A stretch of DNA of 64,000 bases from NCBI GenBank assembly GCA_046092145.1, contig JBJTDB010000374.1, positions 15,762 through 79,761 on the forward strand, written 5' to 3'. The position numbers and the translations under genes are program-made. Under the pieces are notes generated by a model. It was not told the DNA's origin. It searched no databases and saw only the letters and a program-made list of their open reading frames with translations. This DNA is from Planctomycetia bacterium (GTDB taxonomy: Bacteria; Planctomycetota; Planctomycetia; Pirellulales; UBA1268). Positions 9,013 to 18,230 of the stretch are shown in pieces (positions within the stretch are counted from its first letter, which is position 1; the number at the start of each line of letters is the position of its first letter).

Positions 9013-10371
9013 ATGAGCGACATCCTGTTCCACTATTACCGCGTCAACCCGACGACGTGGTTCTATCTCTCGTCGCTGCTCTCGATCGCGGTCTTCTTCA
9101 AGTTCAACCGCGTGCTGAGCATGCGGAACCTCGACCTTGTCGGCCTCATCCTGCTCGCCCCCGGGCTGCTGGCGGTGGAATACGGCGGCTTCAAGGCGAG
9201 CACCGCCGCCCAGCAACTCGGCTTCGTCTGGATCTTCGCCGTCTCGGGGCTCTTCCTGATGAGGATGCTCTTCGATTCGCTCATGGTCCGCCGTCCGATG
9301 CTCGAGCCGAATCTTTCCGTCGGCGGCCTGACGTTCCTCGGCTTGTCGCTCTTGGTCTTCCTGCTGGCCAACGTGATCACCACCCGCCCGCAGCGCGACG
9401 ACCTCGCCGCCGCGGCCGCGGCCACGAAGCTGGGGGCGGGCGAGGGGCATGTCGATGCCGACCAGCTCGCACGCCTCGGCCCCGGCTATCCGCTCCTCTT
9501 CCTGCTCCCCCAGATCTCGACGCAGCGGATCTTCACCCCCGAGACTGCGACCGCCGGCCAAGAGACCACGGCCAGAAGCCGCCGCGCCGTCCATGAGACG
9601 ACGGCCCGCATCATGGCCATCGTCTCGCAGGTGGCGATCGTGAGCGGCATGGTGCTCATCGGCTGGTGGCACTTCGACAACATACTGCTGGGCATCGCCG
9701 CGGCGGTGCTCTACCTGCTCCTCCCCTACACCGCGATCATGACCGGCCGCGTCGATCATGTGCTGCCCGGCGCCCTGATCACCTGGGCCGTCGTTGCCTA
9801 TCGTCGCCCCTTCACCGCCGGCTGTCTCATCGGCCTGGCGATCGGCACGATCTACTATCCTGTCTTCCTGCTCCCGCTGTGGTGCGCGTTCTATTGGGAG
9901 CGGGGCATCCGCCGGTTCGGATTGGGCGTGGTGACGGCGCTCGCCGTGCTCGTGCTCGGGCTGTGGATCACGTCTCCCGATGGCGGAGTCTTCCTCGATC
10001 AGCTGCGGCAGATGTTCGGCTGGATCTTCCCCAACGACGTGTCGCTCGAGGGCTTTTGGGCCCTGCCCGGCAACGACGCCGTCTTCCGGCTCCCCGTGCT
10101 CGCCGCGTTCATCGCCATGATCGCGACGCTGGCGATCTGGCCGTCGCCCAAGAATCTCGGCACGCTCATGAGCTGCACCGCCGCGGTGCTCCTGGGCAGC
10201 CAGTTCTGGACGGCCCACAACGGCGGCCTCTTCATGGCCTGGTTCCTGCCGATGCTGCTCCTGGTGATCTTCCGGCCGAACCTCGAGAATCGAGTCGCGC
10301 TCCTGGTGCTCGACGCCGATTGGTTCTCCCGCCGCCGCCGCGTGGCCGAGCCCACCGATCAGGCGGCGTGA
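9013..10371 (+). CDS. polytopic membrane protein, unknown function
   Basis: 452-aa ORF with at least 10 hydrophobic segments and a GC3-biased frame. No catalytic motif recognised. Confidence 0.6.
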   Translation: MSDILFHYYRVNPTTWFYLSSLLSIAVFFKFNRVLSMRNLDLVGLILLAPGLLAVEYGGFKASTAAQQLGFVWIFAVSGLFLMRMLFDSLMVRRPMLEPNLSVGGLTFLGLSLLVFLLANVITTRPQRDDLAAAAAATKLGAGEGHVDADQLARLGPGYPLLFLLPQISTQRIFTPETATAGQETTARSRRAVHETTARIMAIVSQVAIVSGMVLIGWWHFDNILLGIAAAVLYLLLPYTAIMTGRVDHVLPGALITWAVVAYRRPFTAGCLIGLAIGTIYYPVFLLPLWCAFYWERGIRRFGLGVVTALAVLVLGLWITSPDGGVFLDQLRQMFGWIFPNDVSLEGFWALPGNDAVFRLPVLAAFIAMIATLAIWPSPKNLGTLMSCTAAVLLGSQFWTAHNGGLFMAWFLPMLLLVIFRPNLENRVALLVLDADWFSRRRRVAEPTDQAA

Positions 10372-10383
10372 ACGCCGCCAGCG

Positions 10384-11253
10384 CTAGCCGCGGCGGAGGT
10401 CGATCGTCGCCGGCGCCCGTTGCCGCGCGAGCCATGCCCGCCAGGCGGCGACGTCCCACCCGAAGTTCTTGCCGCTGAGCGACACAAGCGCCTCGAGCAC
10501 CTGTTCGTTCTTGAACGGGACGGCGACCTGCTTCCTGCTGCTTCCCAGCGACAGGCCGCCCCCCTCCGGCGTGAACGTCGCCGTCGTCGATCCTTCTGGG
10601 GGGCCATCGCCCACGGTGACGACATGCCTCGTCTCGAGCGATGCGATCAACGCCGGCACCACCGTCGGCACGCCGATCCGCTCGAGCGCCGCGGCCGCGC
10701 GGTTGATGCGGCCGTTGTCGGGGCCGGCGAGGGCCGCGGAGATCGCGTTGGCAGCTTCCCGCGGCGCGAGTTCGGCGAGCTTCTCCGCGGCATCGATCCG
10801 TGTCTCCGGATTGGGATGATCGACGGCCGCCGCGACGAGCGCCATCCGTGCGGACGGATCCCTGATCCGCGTGAGTGCATTGAGATAGAGCAGCCGGACG
10901 CGACGATTGGGCTCGGCCGCGAGCGCCGCCGTGATCGCGGGCACCGCATGGGGATCGGCGATCTCCTGGAGTTCCTCGGCAGCCCGATCGGAATCGTTTC
11001 CCCCGGCCACGTCGCGCCGCAGCCTCTCGATCTTCTTGTTCCACTCCTTCTGGGCGACGTTCGTGCGGGCGTTCCGCTCGATGATCGCGATCTCCTGCGC
11101 GGTCCGCCACGATCCGCCATGCCGTTGATAGCCGAGCGCCGCCATCCATTCCTGATGGCTTTCCCGCTTCCGGGGTTCCGGGTCGTCGGCCGCCGCGCCG
11201 GCCACTCCCGGCGCCGTCGCGACGACCAACACGATGACAGGAATCAACTTCAT
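10384..11253 (-). CDS. secreted HEAT-repeat protein
   Basis: Signal peptide MKLIPVIVLVVATAPGVAGA. Repeated HEAT-like units follow (DPHAVPAITAAL..., RIRDPSARMALV..., HPNPETRIDAAEKL..., GVPTVVPALIASL). Confidence 0.65.
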   Translation of the reverse strand: MKLIPVIVLVVATAPGVAGAAADDPEPRKRESHQEWMAALGYQRHGGSWRTAQEIAIIERNARTNVAQKEWNKKIERLRRDVAGGNDSDRAAEELQEIADPHAVPAITAALAAEPNRRVRLLYLNALTRIRDPSARMALVAAAVDHPNPETRIDAAEKLAELAPREAANAISAALAGPDNGRINRAAAALERIGVPTVVPALIASLETRHVVTVGDGPPEGSTTATFTPEGGGLSLGSSRKQVAVPFKNEQVLEALVSLSGKNFGWDVAAWRAWLARQRAPATIDLRRG

Positions 11254-11284
11254 GGCAGTCGGGCCTCGTCTTCCTTCATCATCG

Positions 11285-12295
11285 TCACAAGCCGCGGCCT
11301 GCGTCATGCAGAATCCCGGCATATGCCGAAAAGAGCCGGAAGACCAGGAGCACGACGAGCCCGGCGACGGCCACCCAGACCGCCGCCCCCGCGGCGCTGG
11401 CGGCCGCTGCAAACCCACGGGCCGCAGCCTCGTCGTATGCCTCCGCCAGCCGGTCGAGCGCCTCCGCGGTCTTCCCGGTCAGTTCGCCCACGCCGACGGC
11501 CTCGAGAAGCGGTCGTGGAAAGAGCCGCGTCTCGCGGAGCATCTCCGCAAGCGAGAGGCCGTCGCGAAGCCGCGCCGCCGCGGCCCCCGGATCGATCGCC
11601 AGTCCCGGCGCGACGGCCGATGCAATCCTGAGCAGCTGACGGATGTCGAGCCCGATGCCACTGGCCAACGATGCCGCCCGGCACCATGCGGCCCGCTCGG
11701 CATCGGCGGCCGCGCGACCGATCATGGGAATGCGTGCAAGGGCATGCCGCACGATGCCGCGATGCCGCCAGCTCCGCAACGCCGCCACGACCAACGCCCA
11801 GCCGCATGCCACCACGCCGGCCACGATGACGAGAAACGTCATGGCGCCTCCCTGGCCCGTGAGCCCGATCCCGAGCATGTCGAACGAACTGCCGGCCACG
11901 AAAATCAGGAGCGTGACGACGCCCACGGCGACAAGGGCCTTCACGGCCGGCCCGACGAGCGACCTCCTGAGCTCGGCGGCGTTTCTGGCCGACCGTCTGC
12001 ATTGCGCGGCAAGGTCGCGGCAGACATCGGGCTCACGGCCCGCCATCTCCCCGGCGGCGAGCATCCCGCGGACAACGGGCGAGAACGTCGCGCCGACCGC
12101 ATCGACCGACTCGGCCAAGGTCGTGCCGGCGGCGAGCGAACGGGCCACCTGCTCGATCGCGGGCTTCCAGCGTGCGGGGGCCCGCGCGGCCTCTCCCGCC
12201 CACGCCCGCCGCATGTCGATGCCGGCCGACGTGGCAATGGCGAGGCGGCCGAGCAGGTCGGCGACCGTGGCATCCGGCATTCGTCTCCAACGCAT
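11285..12295 (-). CDS. type II secretion/type IV pilus platform protein F-family (GspF/PilC-like)
   Basis: Two GspF-like repeats (GTTLAESVD...SPVVRGMLAAGEMAG and GLSLAEMLRETRLFPRPLLEAVGVGELTGK) alternate with TM segments. The start is taken at MRWRRMPD (12295); 12280 is an alternative. The upstream part of the 670-aa ORF is antisense to tyrA and was discarded. Confidence 0.7.
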   Translation of the reverse strand: MRWRRMPDATVADLLGRLAIATSAGIDMRRAWAGEAARAPARWKPAIEQVARSLAAGTTLAESVDAVGATFSPVVRGMLAAGEMAGREPDVCRDLAAQCRRSARNAAELRRSLVGPAVKALVAVGVVTLLIFVAGSSFDMLGIGLTGQGGAMTFLVIVAGVVACGWALVVAALRSWRHRGIVRHALARIPMIGRAAADAERAAWCRAASLASGIGLDIRQLLRIASAVAPGLAIDPGAAAARLRDGLSLAEMLRETRLFPRPLLEAVGVGELTGKTAEALDRLAEAYDEAAARGFAAAASAAGAAVWVAVAGLVVLLVFRLFSAYAGILHDAGRGL

Positions 12296-12409
12296 GTCCG
12301 CAGATTCTACAGGCTGCTCACGCTCCGCCCCCGCATCTGGTACAAGAACCTCGTGCCGCCCGTCGCGGCCTGCTCGCGGCAGCATGCAGGAATCTTCGCC
12401 CCAGTCCCG

Positions 12410-13285
12410 ATGAAAGCCGGCACCTCCCCGAAATCGAAGGCCCACTGGCCGACCGTGGCGATCGTGGGCACCGGCCTGATCGGCGGGTCGGTGGGGCTGG
12501 CCGTGCAGGCTCGTCGGCTCGCCACGCGGGTGATCGGAGTGGGGCGTTCGGCCCCCTCGCTGGCCGCAGCCCGCAAGGCGAAGGTCGTGACGGAGACATC
12601 GCTCGACCTGGAAGCCGCCGTCGCGGATGCCGATCTGGTCGTCATCGCCACCGACGTCGGCACGATCCCGGCGATCCTCGAACGGGTCGATGCCGCCGTG
12701 AAGCCCGGCACCCTCGTCACCGATGCGGGGAGCACGAAGGCCTCGATCGTGTCGGCCTGGGAGAAGCGTCGCCGCAGCCGACGAAGCCGGTTCGTGGGCG
12801 GGCACCCCATCGCCGGCAGCCACCGGAGCGGTCCCGCTGCTGCGACGGCCTCGCTCTTCGAAGGACGCATCACCGTGGTCACGCCCGCCTCCGCCACACC
12901 GGCCGACGATGCCGAGGCGATCGGTGGATTCTGGTCGGCTCTCGGTTCGACCGTCTTCATGATGCCGCCACAGGAACACGACAAGCTGCTGGCGGCCACC
13001 AGCCATGCGCCCCACCCCATGGCCGCCGCGATCGCGGTGGCCACCCCCGCCACGGCCCGTCAGTTCACGGCCGGCGGCTGGAAAGACACCACTCGGATCG
13101 CCGCCGGCGATCCCGACCTGTGGGCCGACATCCTGCTCGACAACGCGGCCAACGTGGCGACGGCCCTGGCGAAGATCGCCCGCGCCGCGGAGAAGATGAT
13201 CACCGCCATCGAGGTGGGCGACCGCCGCAGGCTCGTCACGCTGCTCTCGCAGGCGAAGGAGGAACGCGATGCTGTGGGAGGTTGA
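12410..13285 (+). CDS. tyrA: prephenate dehydrogenase
   Basis: Rossmann motif VAIVGTGLIGGSVGLA, with GGHPIAGS and DAGSTK motifs. Start at ATG 12410. Confidence 0.85.
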   Translation: MKAGTSPKSKAHWPTVAIVGTGLIGGSVGLAVQARRLATRVIGVGRSAPSLAAARKAKVVTETSLDLEAAVADADLVVIATDVGTIPAILERVDAAVKPGTLVTDAGSTKASIVSAWEKRRRSRRSRFVGGHPIAGSHRSGPAAATASLFEGRITVVTPASATPADDAEAIGGFWSALGSTVFMMPPQEHDKLLAATSHAPHPMAAAIAVATPATARQFTAGGWKDTTRIAAGDPDLWADILLDNAANVATALAKIARAAEKMITAIEVGDRRRLVTLLSQAKEERDAVGG

Positions 13286-16187
13286 TGTCCGCCTCAAGGA
13301 TGCCGCCGGCGATCATGCCGCGCGGGCGGTCGTGGACGGAGCGGCGGCCCTCGGCATCAAAGGCTGCATGAAGGCGGCGACGGCGACGGGCTGGCTGATC
13401 GAGGGCAGCCTCTCGCGGGACGATGTCGAGCGGCTCGCCGCGGCGCTCCTCACCGATCCGGTGACCGAGCAGTTCACCGCGGCGGAGGTGGGGAACGCGG
13501 CGCTCGCATCGGGCCCCGCCGGCCTCCCGACCATGCTCCACGTGCTGCCGCGGACCGGTGTCACGGACCCGGCGGCCCAGTCGGCCCATGAATCGCTCTC
13601 GCTGCTCGGCATCCGTCCATCGGCGGTGAGGAGCGTTCGGAAATACTGGCTCCCCGCGCTCGATGCCGCCGACACCGAACGGCTCGCCTGGAAGCTGCTT
13701 GCCAGCGAGGCGATCCACGATGTCGTCGTCGGGCCGCTCGCCATCAAGACGCTCTCCGGGGGACGCACATGGAGCTTCTCCCGGGAGTCGATCCGGCTCG
13801 ACGGGCTCGACGATGCGTCGCTCGCGCAGCTCAGCCGCGACCGTTGCCTTGCCCTCACCGCGGCCGAGCTCAGGGCGGTCCGCGACCACTTCCGATCGAT
13901 CGGCCGCGATCCGTACGAGATCGAGCTGGAGACGATCGCCCAGACCTGGAGCGAGCACTGCTGCCACAAGACGCTCGGCAGCCCCGTCGATCACGTCGGC
14001 CCCGAGGGCACGACCCGCTACGACAACCTGCTCAAGGAGACCGTCTTCGCCGCCACTCGGAAGATCCGCGAGTCGCTCGGGCCCCGCGACTGGTGCGTGA
14101 GCGTGTTTCGTGACAACTCGGGCGTGGTGCGGTTCGATGGCGACCACGACATCTGCGTGAAGGTGGAGACGCACAACCATCCCTCCGCGATCGAGCCCTA
14201 CGGCGGCGCGGCGACCGGCCTGGGAGGCGTCATTCGCGACGTGCTCGGCACGGGCCTTGGTGCCAAGCCGATTGCCAGCCTCGACGTGTTCTGCGTCGGC
14301 CCGCCCGACACGCGGCCTGAGGATCTTCCGCAGGGCGTGATCCATCCGCGCCGGCTGCTCGAGGGCGTCGTGGCGGGCGTCCGCGACTATGGCAACCGGA
14401 TGGGCATTCCCACGATCGCGGGCGCCGTCGCCTTCGATCCCGGCTACACCTGCAACCCGCTCGTCTTCTGCGGCACCGTCGGCCTCATGCCGCGGAATGC
14501 CGCCGATGCCTCGGTGCACACGGGCGATCTGGTCGTCGTTGCCGGCGGACGCACCGGCCGCGACGGCATCCATGGCGCCACCTTCTCCAGCGAGGAGCTG
14601 TCGAGCGCCAGCGAGAGCGAGTCGGGAGGCTCGGTGCAGATCGGCCACGCCATCCACGAGAAGACGCTCTCCGACTTCGTGCTCGAATCGGCGCGTCAGC
14701 GGCTCTTCCATGCGATCACCGACTGCGGCGCGGGAGGGCTTTCCAGCGCCGTCGGCGAGATGGGGGCCACGCTCGGCGCCGAGGTCCACCTCGACCGCGT
14801 GCCGCTGAAGTACGAGGGCCTCTCCGCGACGGAAGTCTGGATCTCCGAGGCGCAGGAGCGGATGGTGCTGGCCGTCGATCCGGCCAACTGGCAGAAGATG
14901 GCGGCGATCGCCGCGGCCGAGGGTGTCGAAGCGACGGCGATCGGCAGCTTCACCGGTGAAGGACGGATCGTGCTGAAGTGGCAGGGCAACGTGGCGGGCG
15001 ATCTCGACTGCCACTTCCTCCACGAGGGCAGGCCCAAGCAGCGGCTCACCTCCCGCCACACGCCGCCGCGTGCCGAGCCGACGGCATGGCCTGCGACCGG
15101 CCGCGGGCTCGACCGCAGCCTGCTCGACCTGCTCTCGAGCCCCGATGTCGCGAGCAAGGAATGGATCATCCGTCAGTACGACCACGAAGTGCAGGGCTGC
15201 AGCGTGGTCAAGCCACTGCTCGGACCGGGCGACGGGCCCGCCGATGGCACGGTGATCCGGGGCGTGCTCGGCCGTGACCGGGGCATCGTGCTCGGTGTCG
15301 GCCTGCGTCATCGGATCGGCCGTCGCGATCCCTACCAGATGGCCGCCGGCGGGATCGTGGAAGCGATCGCCAACGTCGTGGCCGCCGGCGCCGATCCCGC
15401 GAGGATCGCGCTGTTGGACAACTTCTGCTGGGGCGACACCCGCCGCGAGGAGTCGCTCGGAACGCTCGTCGAGGCCTGCCGCGGCTGCCACGACATGGCC
15501 GTGGCATTCATGGCGCCGTTCGTGAGCGGCAAGGACAGTCTCAACAACGTCTTCTCCCACACCGACGCCGCGGGACGGCACCACGAGCTTTCGATCCCGC
15601 CGACCCTGCTGGCGACGGCGATGGGACAGGTCGATGATGTCCGTCGCGCGATGACGCCCGACCTCAAGGCGGCCGGCAACCGTCTGGCGGTGGTCGGCCT
15701 CTCCCGCGACGACCTCGCCGGCAGCCAGCTGGAACTGGTCGGCGGCGTATCGGGCGGCCGGGTGCCGCGGGTCGATGCCGATGCCTGCCGTGCCGTCTTC
15801 ACCGCCGTCGCTGCGGCGATCCGATCCGGATGCGTGGCCGCCTGTCACGATGTTTCCGACGGCGGGATCGCCGCGGCCGTCGCGGAGATGGCGATCGCCG
15901 GCGGGTGTGGCGCGAGGCTCGATCTCACGGCGCCACCCGTGGAGATCACCGAGGCGTCGGGCACGGCCCGCGACCTCGCGATCGCCTTCACGGAGACGCC
16001 CGGCCGATTCGTCTGCGAGGTGCCCTTCGCCGCGTCGGAGCGGTTCGAGGCGTTGATGGGCGGCCTGCCCTGGGCCTGGGCCGGGGCCGTCCTGGCAGAG
16101 CCGTCGCTCGAGATCGTCGGCACGTCGGGCACGACCTCGCGGATCGCCGTCGATCAACTCGCCAAGGCCTGGCGTCGCGCCGATTGA
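13269..16187 (+). CDS. purL: phosphoribosylformylglycinamidine synthase subunit PurL with two N-terminal PurS-like domains
   Basis: PurL motifs WSEHCCHKT, ETHNHPSAIEPYGGAATG and ITDCGAGGLSSA. The first ~175 aa form two PurS-like modules (MLWEVDVRLKD..., LHVLPRTGVTDPAAQ...VRKYWL). The gene overlaps the tyrA end by 17 nt. Confidence 0.9.
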   Translation: MLWEVDVRLKDAAGDHAARAVVDGAAALGIKGCMKAATATGWLIEGSLSRDDVERLAAALLTDPVTEQFTAAEVGNAALASGPAGLPTMLHVLPRTGVTDPAAQSAHESLSLLGIRPSAVRSVRKYWLPALDAADTERLAWKLLASEAIHDVVVGPLAIKTLSGGRTWSFSRESIRLDGLDDASLAQLSRDRCLALTAAELRAVRDHFRSIGRDPYEIELETIAQTWSEHCCHKTLGSPVDHVGPEGTTRYDNLLKETVFAATRKIRESLGPRDWCVSVFRDNSGVVRFDGDHDICVKVETHNHPSAIEPYGGAATGLGGVIRDVLGTGLGAKPIASLDVFCVGPPDTRPEDLPQGVIHPRRLLEGVVAGVRDYGNRMGIPTIAGAVAFDPGYTCNPLVFCGTVGLMPRNAADASVHTGDLVVVAGGRTGRDGIHGATFSSEELSSASESESGGSVQIGHAIHEKTLSDFVLESARQRLFHAITDCGAGGLSSAVGEMGATLGAEVHLDRVPLKYEGLSATEVWISEAQERMVLAVDPANWQKMAAIAAAEGVEATAIGSFTGEGRIVLKWQGNVAGDLDCHFLHEGRPKQRLTSRHTPPRAEPTAWPATGRGLDRSLLDLLSSPDVASKEWIIRQYDHEVQGCSVVKPLLGPGDGPADGTVIRGVLGRDRGIVLGVGLRHRIGRRDPYQMAAGGIVEAIANVVAAGADPARIALLDNFCWGDTRREESLGTLVEACRGCHDMAVAFMAPFVSGKDSLNNVFSHTDAAGRHHELSIPPTLLATAMGQVDDVRRAMTPDLKAAGNRLAVVGLSRDDLAGSQLELVGGVSGGRVPRVDADACRAVFTAVAAAIRSGCVAACHDVSDGGIAAAVAEMAIAGGCGARLDLTAPPVEITEASGTARDLAIAFTETPGRFVCEVPFAASERFEALMGGLPWAWAGAVLAEPSLEIVGTSGTTSRIAVDQLAKAWRRAD

Positions 16188-16233
16188 TCATTCACCCTTT
16201 TCTCCTCACGTCATCCTTCTCCTTTCTCACCGC

Positions 16234-16983
16234 ATGCTCTCTCCCCGTGCCCTGATCCTGCGTGCCCCCGGCACCAACTGCGACCATGAGACCGCCCATG
16301 CCTTCGAGCGGGCCGGCGCGATCGCCCGCCGAGTGCATGTTCGGGCGCTCGCGGAACGACCGTCGATCGCCGACGACTTCCAGATGCTCTGCATTCCGGG
16401 AGGCTTCTCCTACGGCGACGACATCGCCAGCGGCCGGATCTTCGCGCTCGAATTGAAGCTGCGGCTCGGCGACATGCTGCGGAAGTTTCGCGACAAGGGC
16501 GGCCTGATGCTCGGCATCTGCAACGGCTTCCAGGTGCTCCTGCAGACAGGCCTCCTGCTCGGAGGCCGCGCCACGCTGGCCCACAACGATTCGGGACGGT
16601 TCGTCGATCGGTGGGTTCATCTGCGGGCATTGCCGGCGACGTGTGTCTTCCTCCAGGGCATGGACCGGTTCGAATTGCCGATCGCCCATGGAGAGGGACG
16701 CTTCGTCACCGGCTCGGATGCCGACTTTTCGGCGCTCGAGGCGGCCGGTCAGCTCGTGCTTCGCTATGGATCCGACGGCCACGGCCTGCCGACCAATCCC
16801 AACGGCGCCATGGGCGACGTGGCCGGCGCGTGCGATGAAACGGGGCGGATCTTCGGGCTCATGCCCCATCCCGAGCGGTTCATCGACGCCACGCAGCATC
16901 CGGCCTGGGCCGGCCGGCTCGACCCGACCGCAGCCGGCGCCGGGCTGGCCATCTTCTGCAACGCCGTCAAATCGGTCTCCTGA
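16234..16983 (+). CDS. purQ: phosphoribosylformylglycinamidine synthase glutaminase subunit
   Basis: Class I amidotransferase motifs LGICNGFQVL and MPHPER, located directly downstream of purL. Confidence 0.9.
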   Translation: MLSPRALILRAPGTNCDHETAHAFERAGAIARRVHVRALAERPSIADDFQMLCIPGGFSYGDDIASGRIFALELKLRLGDMLRKFRDKGGLMLGICNGFQVLLQTGLLLGGRATLAHNDSGRFVDRWVHLRALPATCVFLQGMDRFELPIAHGEGRFVTGSDADFSALEAAGQLVLRYGSDGHGLPTNPNGAMGDVAGACDETGRIFGLMPHPERFIDATQHPAWAGRLDPTAAGAGLAIFCNAVKSVS

Positions 16984-17069
16984 CCACTCGGCTGCGGCAT
17001 TGACCCGGTGGGCCTGCGTGCCTACCCTCCCGCCGCATTTTTCCGGCCCCACCGCCCCACGGCCTCGCC

Positions 17070-18026
17070 ATGCCCGCTTCGCGCCAGATTGCCGCGCGGT
17101 CGCTCGTGCTGCGCATCGGATGCATCGTGCTGCCGATGCTTGCGGCGCCGTCGGCATGCGGCTGCAAGATGGCGATCCTGACACCGGCGATGGTGTCGGA
17201 TGTCCCACCGGCAGACGCGCTCGCCGGCAGGAAGGCGACGAAGCCGGAGCCTCGCACGATTCCCTTCGAGCTGGTCTTCGTGCGGCACGGTGAGCAGGAT
17301 CCGCAGATGACGGCCGACCTCTGGAATCTCGCCGACGAGCAGGCCATCGATGCCGACATCCGCAGGCAGCTCAACGCCAACGGCCTTCGGGCCGGTATCG
17401 TCTCGGCGATCCTCCCCCCGGAACTGCAAAGCCGTTTCACCGCGACGACGATCGACCCATCCCAAGAAACGACCTCGCAGCAGTCGATGGTCGAGGCCCC
17501 GACCGTCGTGCGGCGGACGATGCGGCTGCTGCCCGGACGGGAAAACGAGCTGCTCACGGCCAGCACGCTCGACGAGCTGATCCTCATGGAATGCCTCGAT
17601 GGCGGCGTGCAGGGAAGCACCTACCGCGATGCCAGCGCGATCTTCACGCTCCGCGCGTGGCCCGCCGCGAGCGGCCGTGTGCGGGTGCAGCTGTGCCCCG
17701 TGATCAAGCACGGTCCGATGGAGCGCACGTGGGTGGGCGACGAGGGCGTCTTCCGGCTGGAGGCGGGCCAGAAGCGGCATGTCCTCGACCGCCTCATGTT
17801 TGAAGCCACGCTTTCGCCCGACTCGATGCTGCTGGTGACCTGCGCCGGCGAGGCCGCTTCGAGCGTCGGTGATGCCTTCTGCCGCGACCGGGAAGCGGGG
17901 GAGATCGGCATGCGGCTGGTGGCCCTTCGGCCGCTGGCCCGCACCGCCGATCCGCTCTTCGCGCCGGCCGATCCGTCGATCCCCGCAACGGCCGACGACC
18001 GCGACGATTCATCGCGGCGGCGGTGA
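17070..18026 (+). CDS. hypothetical exported protein
   Basis: 318-aa ORF with a hydrophobic N-terminus and balanced, GC3-biased coding composition. The competing antisense ORFs are R/H/G-rich shadows. Confidence 0.55.
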   Translation: MPASRQIAARSLVLRIGCIVLPMLAAPSACGCKMAILTPAMVSDVPPADALAGRKATKPEPRTIPFELVFVRHGEQDPQMTADLWNLADEQAIDADIRRQLNANGLRAGIVSAILPPELQSRFTATTIDPSQETTSQQSMVEAPTVVRRTMRLLPGRENELLTASTLDELILMECLDGGVQGSTYRDASAIFTLRAWPAASGRVRVQLCPVIKHGPMERTWVGDEGVFRLEAGQKRHVLDRLMFEATLSPDSMLLVTCAGEAASSVGDAFCRDREAGEIGMRLVALRPLARTADPLFAPADPSIPATADDRDDSSRRR

Positions 18027-18230
18027 GGGCCGCAGCGGCGGGGAGCGGATGCCAGCGTGGCGGCGAACGGCCGGCGTGACAGGCTGGGAAACGTGCGGCG
18101 GGCTGCACGCCCTCGCGCCGGGCAACCTGCGGGGTTTTGGCAAATCGTGCCACCGTCTGAAAGTGGCACGTTCCGGGAGCCCCGGTTGTGCCGATTTCTC
18201 CGGCACTGACTGACTGGAGAGCCTTGAGCC

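Noticed and set aside
6758-9016. 752-aa plus-strand ORF overlapping the SLC13 transporter in another frame
   Set aside because: Extremely R/P/G-rich translation (runs of RRRR, GRR). The co-located frame encodes a coherent polytopic transporter.
11234-13297. 683-aa plus-strand ORF and 670-aa minus-strand ORF covering the same 2 kb
   Set aside because: Each is real only in its 3' half: tyrA from 12410 on plus, and the GspF-like gene up to 12295 on minus. The remaining halves are antisense read-through of the partner gene.
13236-16157. 973-aa ORF on the minus strand spanning almost all of purL
   Set aside because: It is exactly antisense to a gene with unambiguous PurL motifs. Its composition is R/G/A/H/D-rich, as expected for a stop-poor shadow frame in high-GC DNA. 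No motifs.
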